A DNA stretch of 64,000 nucleotides. It comes from the human T2T-CHM13v2.0 reference genome, Homo sapiens. Positions 40,121 to 55,764 of the stretch are shown one piece after another. Numbering within the stretch: position 1 is the first letter of the stretch; every line of letters starts with the position of its first letter. Both the position numbers and the translations under genes were made by a program. Under the pieces are notes generated by a model. That model was not told where the DNA came from. It searched no databases and saw only the letters and a list, made by a program, of their open reading frames with translations. The DNA is taken from NCBI RefSeq assembly GCF_009914755.1, contig NC_060931.1; one strand, given 5' to 3'.

Positions 40121-40502
40121 CTGAATGTTAAGAGTGGAGGTTTGCACATTGTATACTATGTTGATCCTGGAACATGGTCACATGCTTCATGATCCTTCAA
40201 AACATCAGAGGAAACAATGTTTTTAATACTCATCCACTTTACTTGTATTCATTGTAAATAATGAAACTGATTGAGTTAGCAGTGTGACTATTCCAGCTGC
40301 TATGTCTTTCTAAATGAGATTATTTAGTAAATATTCTTCAGAGAAGAATTCACTTATGATTTCAAGACCGTAGCGCAAAGGAGCTGCAGCTATACCATTC
40401 CTGGCAGTGCTGCATACTGGAAAGAGCCCATGATTTAGAATCAGATACCTCATTTGAATACCAATGGAACCATTTACTGACTTTCTTTTCAGGGGTAAAG
40501 TG

Positions 40503-40546
40503 TTAGGTTGGTGCAAAACTAATTGAGGTTTTGGCCACTATTTAAT
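40503..40546. mobile_element. Half MADE1 (Hsmar1 MITE)
   Basis: TTAGGTTGGTGCAAAACTAATTGAGGTTTTGGCCA = one TIR arm. Confidence 0.8.
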
Positions 40547-41848
40547 CTCTGAGAATAAGATTATGTAACTTGAGATGCAAATGGAAACAAAAATAGCAGC
40601 TATCTCACAGGGTTGCTGTGAGGATGAAATAAGAGGCTCTATATGATGCATTTGATGAGGGTGTAAAGCGCTGTAAATGATGTTGGTTATTGCTGTTGAT
40701 CCAGGATCACAGAATAAAGGGCTTCCATTCCCCTCCTCTTAGGTTCTATTGTGTGCAGACGATATGCGATCACGTGAAGGATTTTCCAGGATCAATAGAC
40801 AGATCTCTAGAACTTTTGGTCATTTTATTTTTTTTTATCCTATTGACTTATCTTCTGGAAGCAGTTTCAAATTTACTAATTGAATTAGCCAAACATCTTA
40901 ACTTTGGATCAAATTCAAACTTTTGGAACCTTCTCCTTGCCTCTAAAAGCACATTTTTTTCTTTTCTTTCTTTTTTTTTTTAATGAACAGAGCAAAGAAA
41001 GTGTGTGTCTCTTGCCCCCTTAATTTTTGTGGACCCAGCTATTTATCTGAGAAGTTTATATGTTCTGACTCTTGGCCCACCCAAATTTTCACTGCCAATT
41101 CAGGGGAGCTGAAGGATATAAAAATATACACAGTTGCTGCCTCCTACCTCTACTAGGTTCCAGGGATACCTCCTTAGGGAGGTTCAGGGCCCAGGAAGAA
41201 AAGAGAGTCCTCCTTTTCACCTCTCCTTCTTTTGCTAGTCCCTTTATTTTCTCCCTCCTTCTTGCCACTCTGAGACTTATCTTTCCCACATAAGAGCTGT
41301 CAATCAGATGTCACCATAAAGTAGAAGGACTTAGTGGATGGGTGACAATAACCTCGTGGTTAAATAAGAAAACCCTGAATCATACAGAAAAGAAAATAAA
41401 AAGAACGTGAACAATTGTGGAACTGAGCAACACAGGAAAATAGAGGAGGAGTGGAGTATTTGCATTTTGCTTTCAAACAGTAAAGAAAAATGTGCCTATT
41501 TATCCAAGAGGAATAAAGGTTACTAGTTTGAGAGAGGTAATGCAACTCCAAGTTAACAAAGAGAAAAATATGAAATTAAATAATTCAATCAGTAAAAATA
41601 GGAAACAGTTAAAGAAACCACATAGAAAAATAAATAATAACCAAATGAAATGAAATGATTAATATCAAGTCTGTTAGTCATCACATTAAGTATGAATGGA
41701 TTGAATGTTTCATTAATTGGCAGAGATTGCCAGATTGCACTTAATGCAACCTCTGCCAATTAATGAAACATAAAGAAGAAAGAAGAAAGAAGAACAAAGA
41801 AGAAGCTCAATAAATGCATGTATGAGAAGCACTTAAAACAAAGAAAGA

Positions 41849-42039
41849 GGCCGGGCATGGTGGCTCACACCAGTAATCCCAGCACTTTGGGAAGCCGACG
41901 TGGGCAGATCACCTGAGGTCAGGAGTTTGAGACCAGCCTGGCCTACATGGCAAAACCTCAACTCTACTAAAACTACAAAACAAATTAGCCAGGCATCGTG
42001 GCACACACCTGTAATCCCAGCTACTTGGGAGGCTGAGGC
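41849..42039 (+). mobile_element. AluS, 3'-truncated
   Basis: Left arm plus part of the right arm, stops at GGCTGAGGC; followed by a MER5-like remnant at about 42090-42225. Confidence 0.9.
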
Positions 42040-42308
42040 CAACAATAAAGGTTTCAAAAAGCATCTTACATGTCTTAACTTCATCTGGGATCTAGGAGGA
42101 AATGCAGATGCTCGGGTCCCAGACCTTCTAAATCACAATCTTCAGTGTAATAAAATCCTCAGCTTATTTGTTTGCACAATCATTAAATTAAAATTTAAGT
42201 TTAAAATTAAAATTTGAGAAACCTTTCTCTAGGAGATTTTTTGCTGATATATTAATTCTGCAGCTAAAATCATCAGTGCTTATACGATAGGAAAAAAAAA
42301 ATGGATAG

Positions 42309-42628
<320 letters not shown>

Positions 42629-43789
42629 AGAAAGATCCTTACCACATATTACCTCTTTGCTCTATCTGTAATAGTTTTAGGGTTTAAAAGGATGTCAGTC
42701 ACAGGAACAGGAATTATTCTATCCTAAGTTTTCTGGTACGATTATCTCCTTACTACTAGGATTATTTTGATTCGTTCTAGTTTTCAATGGCTTAGATATG
42801 TGCACAGTTATTGTTTATAAACATCTTCAGAATCTTTTTGGAAGTGAGTGTAAATAACAGATAGAAACATGTTCAAAACTATGCCTTTTTTGATAAGATA
42901 ATTTAGGTATGTTGGGGAAATAACATTTCTCTAATGTTCTATTTGGTGAAACTACTTTGGGCACAAAGACAGATAGAGATTTGTGTTCCAGCAAATGCAC
43001 AGCAGGAACAGCTGAAACCCAGGGAGAGATAATGCCCTAAGTATAGCAGTTAAGTGATAAAGATTTTGATTCCTAAAGTGGCGAGCCCCAAGCCTCAAAG
43101 TGGCAGAAGCAGCTTAAGACAGCACATAGAAATGAGAAGAACCTCCTGGAGCTATGAAGATACCTTTGGGTACTGAGGAAGCCACGTAATGCACATTCCA
43201 AAGGACAGATACTTACAATTGGTGACAGTTGACTGCAGATCACACAAAGCACCATAATGTACTGAAACAGTTACCAGCACCTCCCCCATCATGAAATCCA
43301 AAGATCCTTTCAAAATTGTGAACTGTTATCTCTGTGATGTTGTCCACTCCTGGACACTCCTGTATAGTACTCTCCTTTGGCTTTGCTGACCTGCCATACA
43401 CTGTCCAGACTTGCCTCCCTGATCTGTCCCTTTGAAGACTGCATTTCTCTTCTTAACTCCTTCACGTATTGCTTCAATTTTTACTTCCAGAGAGGTGACT
43501 GAAAAATACACTTTGAATCCAGATATCCAGTTTCCCAAACAAGAATATCTAGAATACACCTAAAATTCAGTAGATTGATCAGAGATAAACAAATGTATAA
43601 TGTTTTGTGCAACACAAGGAACTTTCAGTTATATTCTGTGTAGTCGTGGGTTTTAATTAAGGTTGCCTTAGAAACCAGCACAAAGGACAAGGGGGCCAAA
43701 CTTCTGAGATTTTTGGAAAACTCTCTCTGTACCTATTTTATTTACTAGTGATCTGTGTAGGTTGTATTTGGTGGGATAATGATAATAAC

Positions 43790-45830
<2,041 letters not shown>

Positions 45831-46369
45831 TGCAAATAAGTCAGGAAACCAAAGCCCCAAGCAATTTCTCCTATGGAATTTTATATTTCTCTGTCAATAC
45901 CATTATTTTTCTAGTCACCAAAGCTTAAATTTGAGTCCTTTTAGATTCTTCCCTCTCTTGTTCTTCCTTCTCTTGAACACTGTGGTAAGTCAGTCTCTTC
46001 CTGGATAGTACCTAACATCTATTTTCTATTTTTTATTCTTATGTCCACAGAGATACTTCATGTCATGCCATTATCACTTATTGCCTTGATGACTAAAATT
46101 ATTTTCTAGCCAGCCTCTGTAGTCCATCTCTCTTTAATTAGCCCTATACTCCAAATAACTCTTCCATCATCTAATCATCTTTCAAAACTGTTTAGTACTT
46201 CCTTATTGGAATAAAGTCCAAATTCACTTATTTGCCTTTTAGAACTCCCTCTTGGACATTTTGCTAGCTATTTTAAACAATATTCCTTTCTGGCCAAATA
46301 GGTCCAAATATTTCCTACTCAAAAAATCTAATTCTACCATTTTCCCAAAGCCCCCAAAAAAGATATTGG

Positions 46370-47010
46370 AAGGATAGGGTTTGGAAAGGAATAAATTAAA
46401 CTGTCATTATTTATAAATAATGTAATTTTGTAACATGGAAAACCAAATACAATCTCCAGAAAAAATATTAAAAATAATAGAAGAGTTCTGTAAGCTTGCT
46501 AAACAAAAGATTAATATGCAAAAAGAAAACTGCCATTCTATGCCCTGAAAATAACCAAAAAAAAAAATGTAATTGCAAAGAGGACATTATTTGTTATCTT
46601 ATCAAAGATTATCAATAAACTATAAATAGTAAATATGCAAGACATAAATAGGAAAAATTATAAAACTGTAAGATGCATTAATGAAGACCTAAATAAATGA
46701 AAATGAGGATGCATTCAAGGTTAAGGAAATGGTATTTTAAAGATATCAATTGTTCTTTAGTTGTACTTTAGATTCAGTGCAATTCTGATTAAAATAAACA
46801 AAGTCTAAAATTTAAATATAAGAAGAGCCAGGGAAATTGCAGATTTTTGCTCTACCATATATTAAGACTCACCATGAAGTTACACTAATTAATGCACTGT
46901 ACTCCTGTTCAGGGGGGTAAACACATTGGTGAAAAGAATAAAATAGAGGCCTCAGAAACATACCTGTACATATATGGAAAATTATTTTCTTATATAAAGC
47001 ATGCGGCATC
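46370..47010 (+). mobile_element. Ancient L1 ORF2 fragment
   Basis: AAACTGTCATTATTT, GAAGACCTAAATAAATG, GATTCAGTGCAATTC motifs. Confidence 0.7.
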
Positions 47011-49973
47011 AATTATGAAAGAAGTCAGGTAAGGCAGGGGTCAGATAAGGTACCAGAATTTGGGTGAGTACACAGTACCCCAGGCAAAACAGTAGATTAG
47101 ACGATCGTTTGAAATCAAGCTGGATTTCATTAAAATGGTAGGTACGACTAGACAACTAAAAATCTAATGATGAAGTTTAAACAAGAATAAAGAGGAAACG
47201 TTCAACAGCAGGAACTGATATTTACAAATTGTCTTGAACTCGAAATTGTCCTCGCTGGGAGCAGCTGTTTCCATTGGGAGCTGTTTTGGAACATACTGTT
47301 TGATTAAGTGGCCCCACTCTGCAATTCTCTCTTATTTTTATTGAGTTAAATTACACTGGAGGCACGGAGACTTCTTTAAACTCATAACATCTATTGTTAT
47401 TTTTATTTAAAAGGATCATTACTCCATTAGGATTGTTACAGGTATTCATGGAAGTGTTCCCATCCTCTGAGAATATGAGAGACTTGTCTAGGTTAGAACA
47501 GGGAACAACTCATTTCCTTTTCACCTAAACCTTAGTCCTCTGGAAATCTTTTCTTTCCTGAGAAAACAGAAAAAACTTACACCAAAGTCAGAACCTCTAC
47601 CATTAACTGTCAGTGATACTTACATTAAAAATACACTACAGTTCCTCCCATTGTCACTGCCTTACCAATGATATAACCCTTCCTCTACCTTTGGGAAAGT
47701 GGTGTTTAATTTAAATGTATATTGCAGCTTCACACTGATTATCTCATTTGGAACTCTTGTTAAAATTTATTTTTAAGATTCAAAAACTTGAATCTACCCA
47801 ATCTATGTTTGGGTAGCGGAGATATTTTTCATCATCACTCTAGCACAAGATACAAAATAATTGTCTAAAGTACCAACATACATGAAATAATGTAGTTTTC
47901 CAATGCCATGTTCTCTCCTAACATCAAGCAAGTGGTTCACCGCTAATGTTACTGGTCTGGATAAAGCCTTTGCCTCTGATATACTTTAGATTAAAATATA
48001 TAAATACTCAAATCAAGACACATGGAGCAAAAGGAATATTTTAAATTCCCCTTGATCTCTGAATTTCCCAAATTCAGGAACAAAGGGTAAAAACTACAAA
48101 CGTCACAACACATTGTACTGTAGCTAGGTAGAATAGATGACTAATAGACACCTAAATGGTCTGTTAAATGACTAATGTAAAAATTGTCTTAAAATGAATG
48201 ACATGATTGAAACTATAAATCCATCACAGCAGATCACAGATCAGTCACAGATAAATTGTTTAAGATCCAACTCCATGTTTGAGTCTGTGTGCATGTACAT
48301 GTCTCTGTCTGAGTTTTGTATATGCTTAGAAATAAAGAACTAAAGTAATACAGACCTTAAGTACAAGTATCATTTTCTTTGTTTTTGCTTCTCCCAATTT
48401 TCTAAATTTTCTTTAATTACCTTGTGCTACTTTGTAATCAGAAACAAAATCAATTATAATTTTCAAATATTTTCAACATTTTAATAGGTTCTAATACATT
48501 TAGAATTTTCTTCTATATTACCCTTCTATGTTTCTACTTGCTTTCTTCACTAGTTGAAAAGACTCTAAATTAAGATGTCTCGATATAGCTGGAGACTTTG
48601 TGTTATTGTTCTCCAATAATCTGCTGAATTTTAGACAGACCAAGGTCATCCATGCCTTCAAATCTTAAGATCAAACCATTTGTATCAAACTAGTCAACAT
48701 GAATAGAGTTTCTTATAAGCAAAGTGATTTAAACTAGGAGTACATTGTACTTCATTACATGCTGAATACTAATATATCTGAGTGTCTCTAGCCCCAAAGA
48801 CAGAGAATTTGACTGGAATAAAAATAGGTAGTTTTCAATAATTTTTCTGATTTACTCAGGGATCTACAGGAAGAATGACATCGCTTTCAATAGCCGCATA
48901 AATTAAGTTATCCTTCCTGGTGACTTAAACACACAGGTTCAGGACAGTTAGAATAACAGCCAAAGTTAGAATTTGGGCTCTGACAAAAATTCCTTTTTCC
49001 TCACTCTAATTATTATATTTAAACAAGAAGTCAAACTGAATGTAAGAATTAATTTCAGAATTTAATGATTCTAATATGCAAATTATTTTTTCCTCAGTTT
49101 TTTTTGAATATTAATTATTTTTCTCAGATCTATATTGCATGTAGATTCAGTATATTATAGCACATTCAACACTTGATCGCCCTTTTTTATTTAACTAAAA
49201 ATAAGATATGAGGCAATGACTGTAATCACATTAGAATCCAGCTCCCACAGTAGAGTCAGAGCAGTTTGAATTGATATTTGTGTCACTGTAAAAAACCGAC
49301 TGCTTGTCACATCTACTGGTGTTAAACACAACATCTGGTTCAGTATAATTAGGTTTTCAAGTAAGTTGATGAGAAAATAAGCCTTGTGCACTTATCCAAC
49401 TGGAGAAATATAAAGAATTTTCTTGTGATTGACATAAATATATGAGATAGATTTGAAAAAAATAGAGAATCACATCTTGAGATTTCCACGCTTTTGACAC
49501 CGAACGTGACCATTACATATCACTTAGAAAGGGGAAACAGAACTCAAATTTTCTTTCACCACCAAACACACAGTCCATGATGACATTTTTTGCATGAGTT
49601 AGTGGAAGAGGGTCTCCTGTGGTTGGTCCTAATTGAGGGTTTGTATCAGAAAAAAAGAGCAATGAAGCCTGATGGCTTTGCTGATAGCAAGCGCAACCAC
49701 ACTGGCACAGACAGGACTCTGAAAGTAACTGAATCACTGAACGTAATGGTGTATGAGAGAGGGCAGGCATTTCTGGAGTTGGGAATTGGTCAGCTAGGGG
49801 AGATGAAGTTATGTGACCTGGCACTTGTCTCCTCTTCTTGTCAGGATCTGAATACTATCTCTGCCCACTCTTCTGGAAGAGTCCATCGCACAGCAGGTTA
49901 CTTCTCACTCAGGGTACCTTTGTTACTGAATCTTTAGCTAATGGCTTCAGAAACTTTTAAAAGAAGAGTGCTT

Positions 49974-50611
49974 CAGCTGCCGCCTAAGGTTGTTGATGTA
50001 GCTCTCGAACATGTTGTCCATGTTGCTCCGAGTCGTCGTCTGCTGCTGCAGGAGGCTCCACTTGGTCTCCAGCATCTTGTTCTGCTGCTCCAGGAACCGT
50101 ACCTTGTCTATGAAGGAGGCAAACTTCTTGTTGAGGGTCTTGATCTGCTCCTTCCCCTGGATGCGCACGGCCTGGATGTTGGGGTTCACCTCTAGGATAA
50201 GGGGGCTCAGCAGGCTCTGGTTGATTGACCGTGACTGCAGTGATCCCTCCCATGCCGCTGGCCCCACCATAGCCGCTGCCCAGGCCACCCCGAAAGCTGC
50301 TGCTGTCCACTCGGGAGAAGCTCGAGGAGCTCATGCGGGCACAGGGCCCACTCGTGCAGGAGCGGCTGCTGAAGGCCCAGGGGCCAGAGGTGGACACCTT
50401 GTAGGACTGTACCCCTCCTGCGCTGCCCCAGAGCCTGGGAGGGAGGCCGCCATGCAGTGTAGCACTGGGAACAGGAGACCCACCTGAAGCTCAGCCCTAG
50501 CCCTCAGCCCACCCGCAGGGGAGTTTACTACCTGGGGACCCCCCTTGCCGATGCCTCCAGCTACAAAGTTGCTTTTTTTTTGGTCCAAAATAAAACTTCA
50601 GCTAGCTCTGC

Positions 50612-50647
<36 letters not shown>
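49974..50647. pseudogene. Processed keratin 8 (KRT8) pseudogene with 5' inversion: CDS head/coil 1A on minus (49974-50408), 3' UTR + AATAAA + A35 on plus (50410-50647)
   Basis: Minus-strand translation gives K8 peptides ([23 protein letters not shown] / [52 protein letters not shown]). Intronless; 4-bp TTGA duplication frameshift at about 50221-50228; no start codon; 15-bp TSD at 49959-49973 and 50641-50655 at a TTTT/AAAA L1-EN site. Confidence 0.96.
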
Positions 50648-50650
<3 letters not shown>

Positions 50651-52032
50651 TGCTTGTGTAGCCATCAAACATTAATATAATTCCAATTCTAAGAGGCAGG
50701 ATAACTAGAGATTACTTTAGTGTAGGAAACCTTTGCTAGTCTCCTTTCATAACTTCATTCAGAAGTTATGTGCTAATTTCTGTTCCACTGGGCCATGCAG
50801 ACATCAACCTACTTGTCCCCATGAGGAAGCAGTAGCAGAAGGGAAACTGCCACAGATGCTCCTTCCAAGGTAATATCAATCACCTCTTTTCCCTCTAAGA
50901 GAAGTAGTTTTGTTTTGATTTGGAAATAATTACTATTTTATGTCTCCTTTCCTAGGCTTACACAGGTGTGGAGCTATTTAACTTGAAATTTCATTCAGGG
51001 CTTTACTGGTTTTAACAGCAGTAATATGCACTTGAGATTAACAGACTTGAGCTCAAGTTCCAGTTCTAATGCCCCTTTTGGGATTTGGGAAATTAACCTC
51101 TTAAGCGTCAGTGTTTCTTTTTCTGCAAAGTAAGGATAATATTATTTACTCTGCCCAACTAATGGGTGGTTGCAAAGAGTAAAGAATTAAAAAAAATACA
51201 CAAAAGGACTTTTTATATGTTAGCATTCTATGTATATGTTATTACTTTCCTCTTTACAATAAGATTCTGGGTTGGGATGTCAAGTTAATAATTTTAGATG
51301 TTCTTTAATTTGGCTCTAACAAAAAATAATTAAAATAAGTATAGTGGGACTTACTCTGTTTTTCAAGTGAAGAGACAGAGCTTTATGAAAATTAAATAAA
51401 TTAAGGAAAAGTCACAAAGCTAATAGAGTGGATAGAATAAAGCACACATTTCAGTACATAAAAATGGACATTTGATGAAGCTTCACAGGAGCAAGTATGC
51501 TTGTAATGAAAATTAAATATTGTGAAATGCAAGAGGATTTATCTATATAAATTCATTGCCAGTTAAACAATTATATCCAGTGAATATTGATTGTATAACA
51601 ATTTTAGTCTAGGAACAGCTTACTAGGTACGATTTTATTCTGTACTGGGTTCTTCAGCTTTGTAATACATTTCCTAATGATTCTGATGAAATCCTAATAA
51701 AAAGCAATATATTTGTGGATAAGAAGAGCTGAACAGGATAGTTTTAAAATTTAGAATCATAAATGTAAGCAACATCAGTAGGTTTAAATAATGAGCCAAA
51801 ACTAAGTGGTATTTAAGTTAACAAGTACATTACCTGCTAAGTTTCAAACAACAAACTAAACAAGAAAAGAATATAGCAGTTTGTGTGAAAGAAGCACTTC
51901 ATGCCACAGTAAAATTGATATATCAGTGGTGTGATTCAGATGCTGTAAAGCCATGGATACAATCTTCGACAGCTGCCCGTATTTGAAGCAGTACAGTATA
52001 CTCGCGTTGAACAGATCAGAGAGGAAGCCTTC

Positions 52033-52230
52033 TGTAGTGATTAAAGACATAGACTCTGGAATTTGCTTGCCTGTTAAATACTGCCTTTGTGATTGTCTTC
52101 TAGTTGTGTGACTTTGGAAAGTTACTCAATCATCTTGTACCTTATGTCTTTGACTGTAGAATGGAGTCAATAGTAGTACATAACTTACTGAGTTATTGAG
52201 ATTTAAGAGCATAGCCAAATGCTCAAAATG
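52033..52230 (+). mobile_element. MIR
   Basis: GTAGTGATTAAAGACATAGACTCTGGA..GTGTGACTTTGGAAAGTTACT. Confidence 0.75.
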
Positions 52231-53524
52231 AGACATGGCCCAAAGTCAGTGGCCAGTAGAACTGTCAATATTAATTCTGAATCACAAACTAAGAAAAAGC
52301 ACTTCCAACCTGAAATAGTAACAGACAAGGTAAGTAGGATGCATAAAAATAATATATATTGCTGTTTATTGAACATTGATTAAGCTCCAAACCACGAACA
52401 AAAGCATTTGTATTTAATCCTTTCAAAAATTCTGGGTGTTAGGTACTATTATTTTCCTTTTGCATATGAAGAAACTGTGAATTAGATAGGTTATATAACA
52501 CAACCAATTAAGTATAGGTGTTTTCTTGGCTTTGAAATACCTTTACCTATTAAGTAATGCTTATTTGAGGATCAGCTGTCACAACTGGGGACATTTATCT
52601 TGGAAGAGCAGTGACCAAGTAAAAGCATACTGTCTCCTAACATTTGAAGGACTGTCAAGTACAACAGGGGCCTGACCTTGCCCAGCTAATAATGCAGTCC
52701 TACATAAAGATTCTAGAACAGGGTCCTAGTTCATCCCCTTATCTGCTGAGGCCTGGGTTTACTGCATTAACCTCTTATCTGAACTTCATACCACTAAGCT
52801 TTTCTTAGTACAATTCATCCTGCATCCTGTTATGAGATTAATTTTCCAAAAATACTACCGCTGTTATATCAGCCTCTAGCTTAAAACTCTTCAGTGCTTC
52901 TTCCATGGTATGCAGGACAAAGTCCAGATACCTTAACTTGGCATGCAAAATCTTTCATGATCTGGTTGCAACCCAAATCCAGAGTCATTACTTTTAGAAC
53001 CAAAAGGTGCCTCAGACATAATGCTGTCCCATCCCATCAATATCAAATGAGAAAATAAATTTCCAAAATGTCACATGATTTATCAAGAACCTACAGCTAG
53101 TTAAGAGAAGAACATGGGTGAATAGCTAGATCTCTACACCATTATTATAAACAAGACATTCAAATCAACAATAATTGAAGTGAAGCAAAGTGCGTTGTCC
53201 TGCACAGCTCAGTGTTCTCCCCACATGGGTTTCTTTCACGCAGCCGAGAGAGAGGCTTATCTTTTCCTATCCTGTTATTAGTGTGTTGCTGTATTTTTCT
53301 TTGAACCTATAAATATGTCTGGACTGATCTTCTGAAACACATATATGTAACTACAGGCAAAGTCTAGTGAAATGCCACTGAGAATATCAGTGTCACTGAG
53401 CTTGTTTTGCTTTTTGCTTTTGTTTTATTATTTGTCATTGTTAACTTTGAGACTGTTGTAAGGGAGAAGAGGTATCCTTGTGGTAGTGGATGCTTCTGTT
53501 TAATTGCCAGGATATCTTCATGGT

Positions 53525-53720
53525 TGATAGTTTAGAGGGACAATTGTAGGGTCTGGAGTTAGACAGTTCAGTTTCAACACCTTGGCTCTGTCCAGTTCTA
53601 GCTATATGACCTGGGGCTAGTAAGTACACCTCTCTGAGTCTCTGTTTCCTAGGCCTCAACAGGAACTTTCTATCTTTTAGATGCTTGTGAGGTTTTATGA
53701 AAATAATGAACTGGAAACAC
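53525..53720 (+). mobile_element. MIR
   Basis: CTGGAGTTAGAC..CTAGCTATATGACCTGG..CCTCTCTGAGTCTCTGTTTCC. Confidence 0.7.
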
Positions 53721-55764
53721 CTGTTCAGCCTGTAGAGTTACAGCCACACCTCAAGAGGAAGTGGGGTACAAGGAGTCCAGCTATTCTTTGTAGCAGTCTT
53801 ACTGTCAAACACCCAGTATAGGCCTTTGCACATTAACAGAGTAGGATAAAGACATGAAAAATGCAATATTTGAGGTCTGTTGTTTTTCTTTCGTTGGGAA
53901 CCACTGTCATTTCTCTGAAGGTCCCCAACATTTGCAGCAGATGTGAAGCTCCAAGAAAACGCCCCCAGTCAAGCAAACCACAGCAAATGTTTTCTTAACT
54001 TCTTTATATACTGGAGAAAGCAAGATTTTGTGTCCTGGCAGCTTCCAGAAGCTCACCCTCCTCCTTCCCTTAGGAAGTGCTTCTGGCCACCTGTTCCCAA
54101 GGACCAGTGTTCATTCTATTACTAAAACCCAATCACAAGCAGGGCACCCCTGTAGGACTCAATTTTTAGAGTGCCTATTTTGAAAGATAAAACACATTTT
54201 TGTTAGGAGGCCCAGAGTGCTGTTCTCTCATTCTTTCAGAGCTTGCATTCTTTCTCTGTGATGTCTGGCATTTTTAGTTCTCCTCTTGTCCCTTTACCCT
54301 TTCATTTAACACATCACTCCTTGACAGAGGCTCACCTTCACTGTCAGGGAAGAATAACCCCAGGGCAGGCTGCTTCTCATCATCTTCTGTGGTGAAGAGG
54401 AAAGCAGAGAAATAATTTAGTTTTCCCATATCTCTTTATCCTCTTTGATTTTTCCCTTGCTTTGCTGGTTTCTAGACACTCACTGGGGTGGCCACAGACA
54501 ATGCACAAGAGAATTTTTTTTTAATTTAGTTCTTTTCTTCTCTCTTTTCTTTTCTCTTCAAAATTTTTCTTTGTCCTTCGTATTATTTTCTAACCCCTTA
54601 CTGTCAGAGTCTTCATTCTGTGCTAGGAATTGCGTATGGACTCACATTTCCATTTTAATCATAGCTTCCAAGGGTTGGAAGGGAAATTAGAGGTCAACAA
54701 GCCCAGCTCACACTGGGGCTCTGTCTTCAGCTCAAATAACAGTCAGCCATTTAGCCTTTCTTTGGATACCTCCAGTGTCAGGAAGCTCCCTGTTTTGCAG
54801 TGCAGCCCATCTCATTATGGGAGCACAACCATCATCAGAATTCTTGCTCATTTTTAGCTGTCATCTGCCTCCTGGTGACATCCAATCATTAGAGAGGTTG
54901 TCTTAGTAATGTCTCTGGAGCCGTACTGAATAAATCTATCACCTCCTAGACATGTTAGCTCTTCTCCTGTGCTCTTTTTATTCTGTGCCTTTAACTATTT
55001 CTGATATTGTATGGCTTCCTGCTTTGCCTTTAAGCTCTGGTGGAAACAACTTAGCTTACAACTGTTGTTTTCCTCCAAAATGTTGGAAACAAACAGAATA
55101 ATAGGAACATAACTTTCTGTCACTGGAATAGCATTTTTGTTTCTTTTACTAATGCAGCCTAAGACCCTTTGCATTATAATATGAGTTATATAATTATGTT
55201 AATTTATGCATCTATGATACATGGTGTTCCTATTATGCTTGTAACGGTCGCCAAGCTAATATTTTGTTGATCAAAAGTCTGTTTCAGAATCAGTGATTCT
55301 TTAATTTGGTATTATATTCTGGGAACGGTTTAGGAAAAGAGTAAAAGAACTTCTTCCAAAGACCAGAAAATGGGAACAGGAACTCACAAGTTTTTCAAGG
55401 CAGTATCAATGATTATCTCAGAAATTCAACAGGAGAATAGAACAGAGATTGAGATGGTCCATAGCTCACTTATGGAGGACACAAAGTATCTCAAAATCAA
55501 TACCTCAAAAGAAGGGAACGTGCATATTTATAAATACAAGCAAAACACTGGCTAATAGACTTCTTTCAGAGAGTTTAATACATATAGATAACTCCTGCCC
55601 ATGTATACAACAGGGCATATCTGTACCCATTAAGGCACTAATGCAGAAACAAATTGAAAGATTGTTCACAACTCTGTGGCAGATAGGACTCTCTGATATG
55701 TGAATGTGTACTTATTGACCACAGCTGCACTAATAGGACCAAAATGACCTTTCGAGTTGGCTTT

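Noticed and set aside
49590-50588. Cluster of long overlapping ORFs (113-158 aa)
   Set aside because: Alternative frames and antisense of the GC-rich KRT8 retrocopy; the true frame is frameshifted and lacks a start codon
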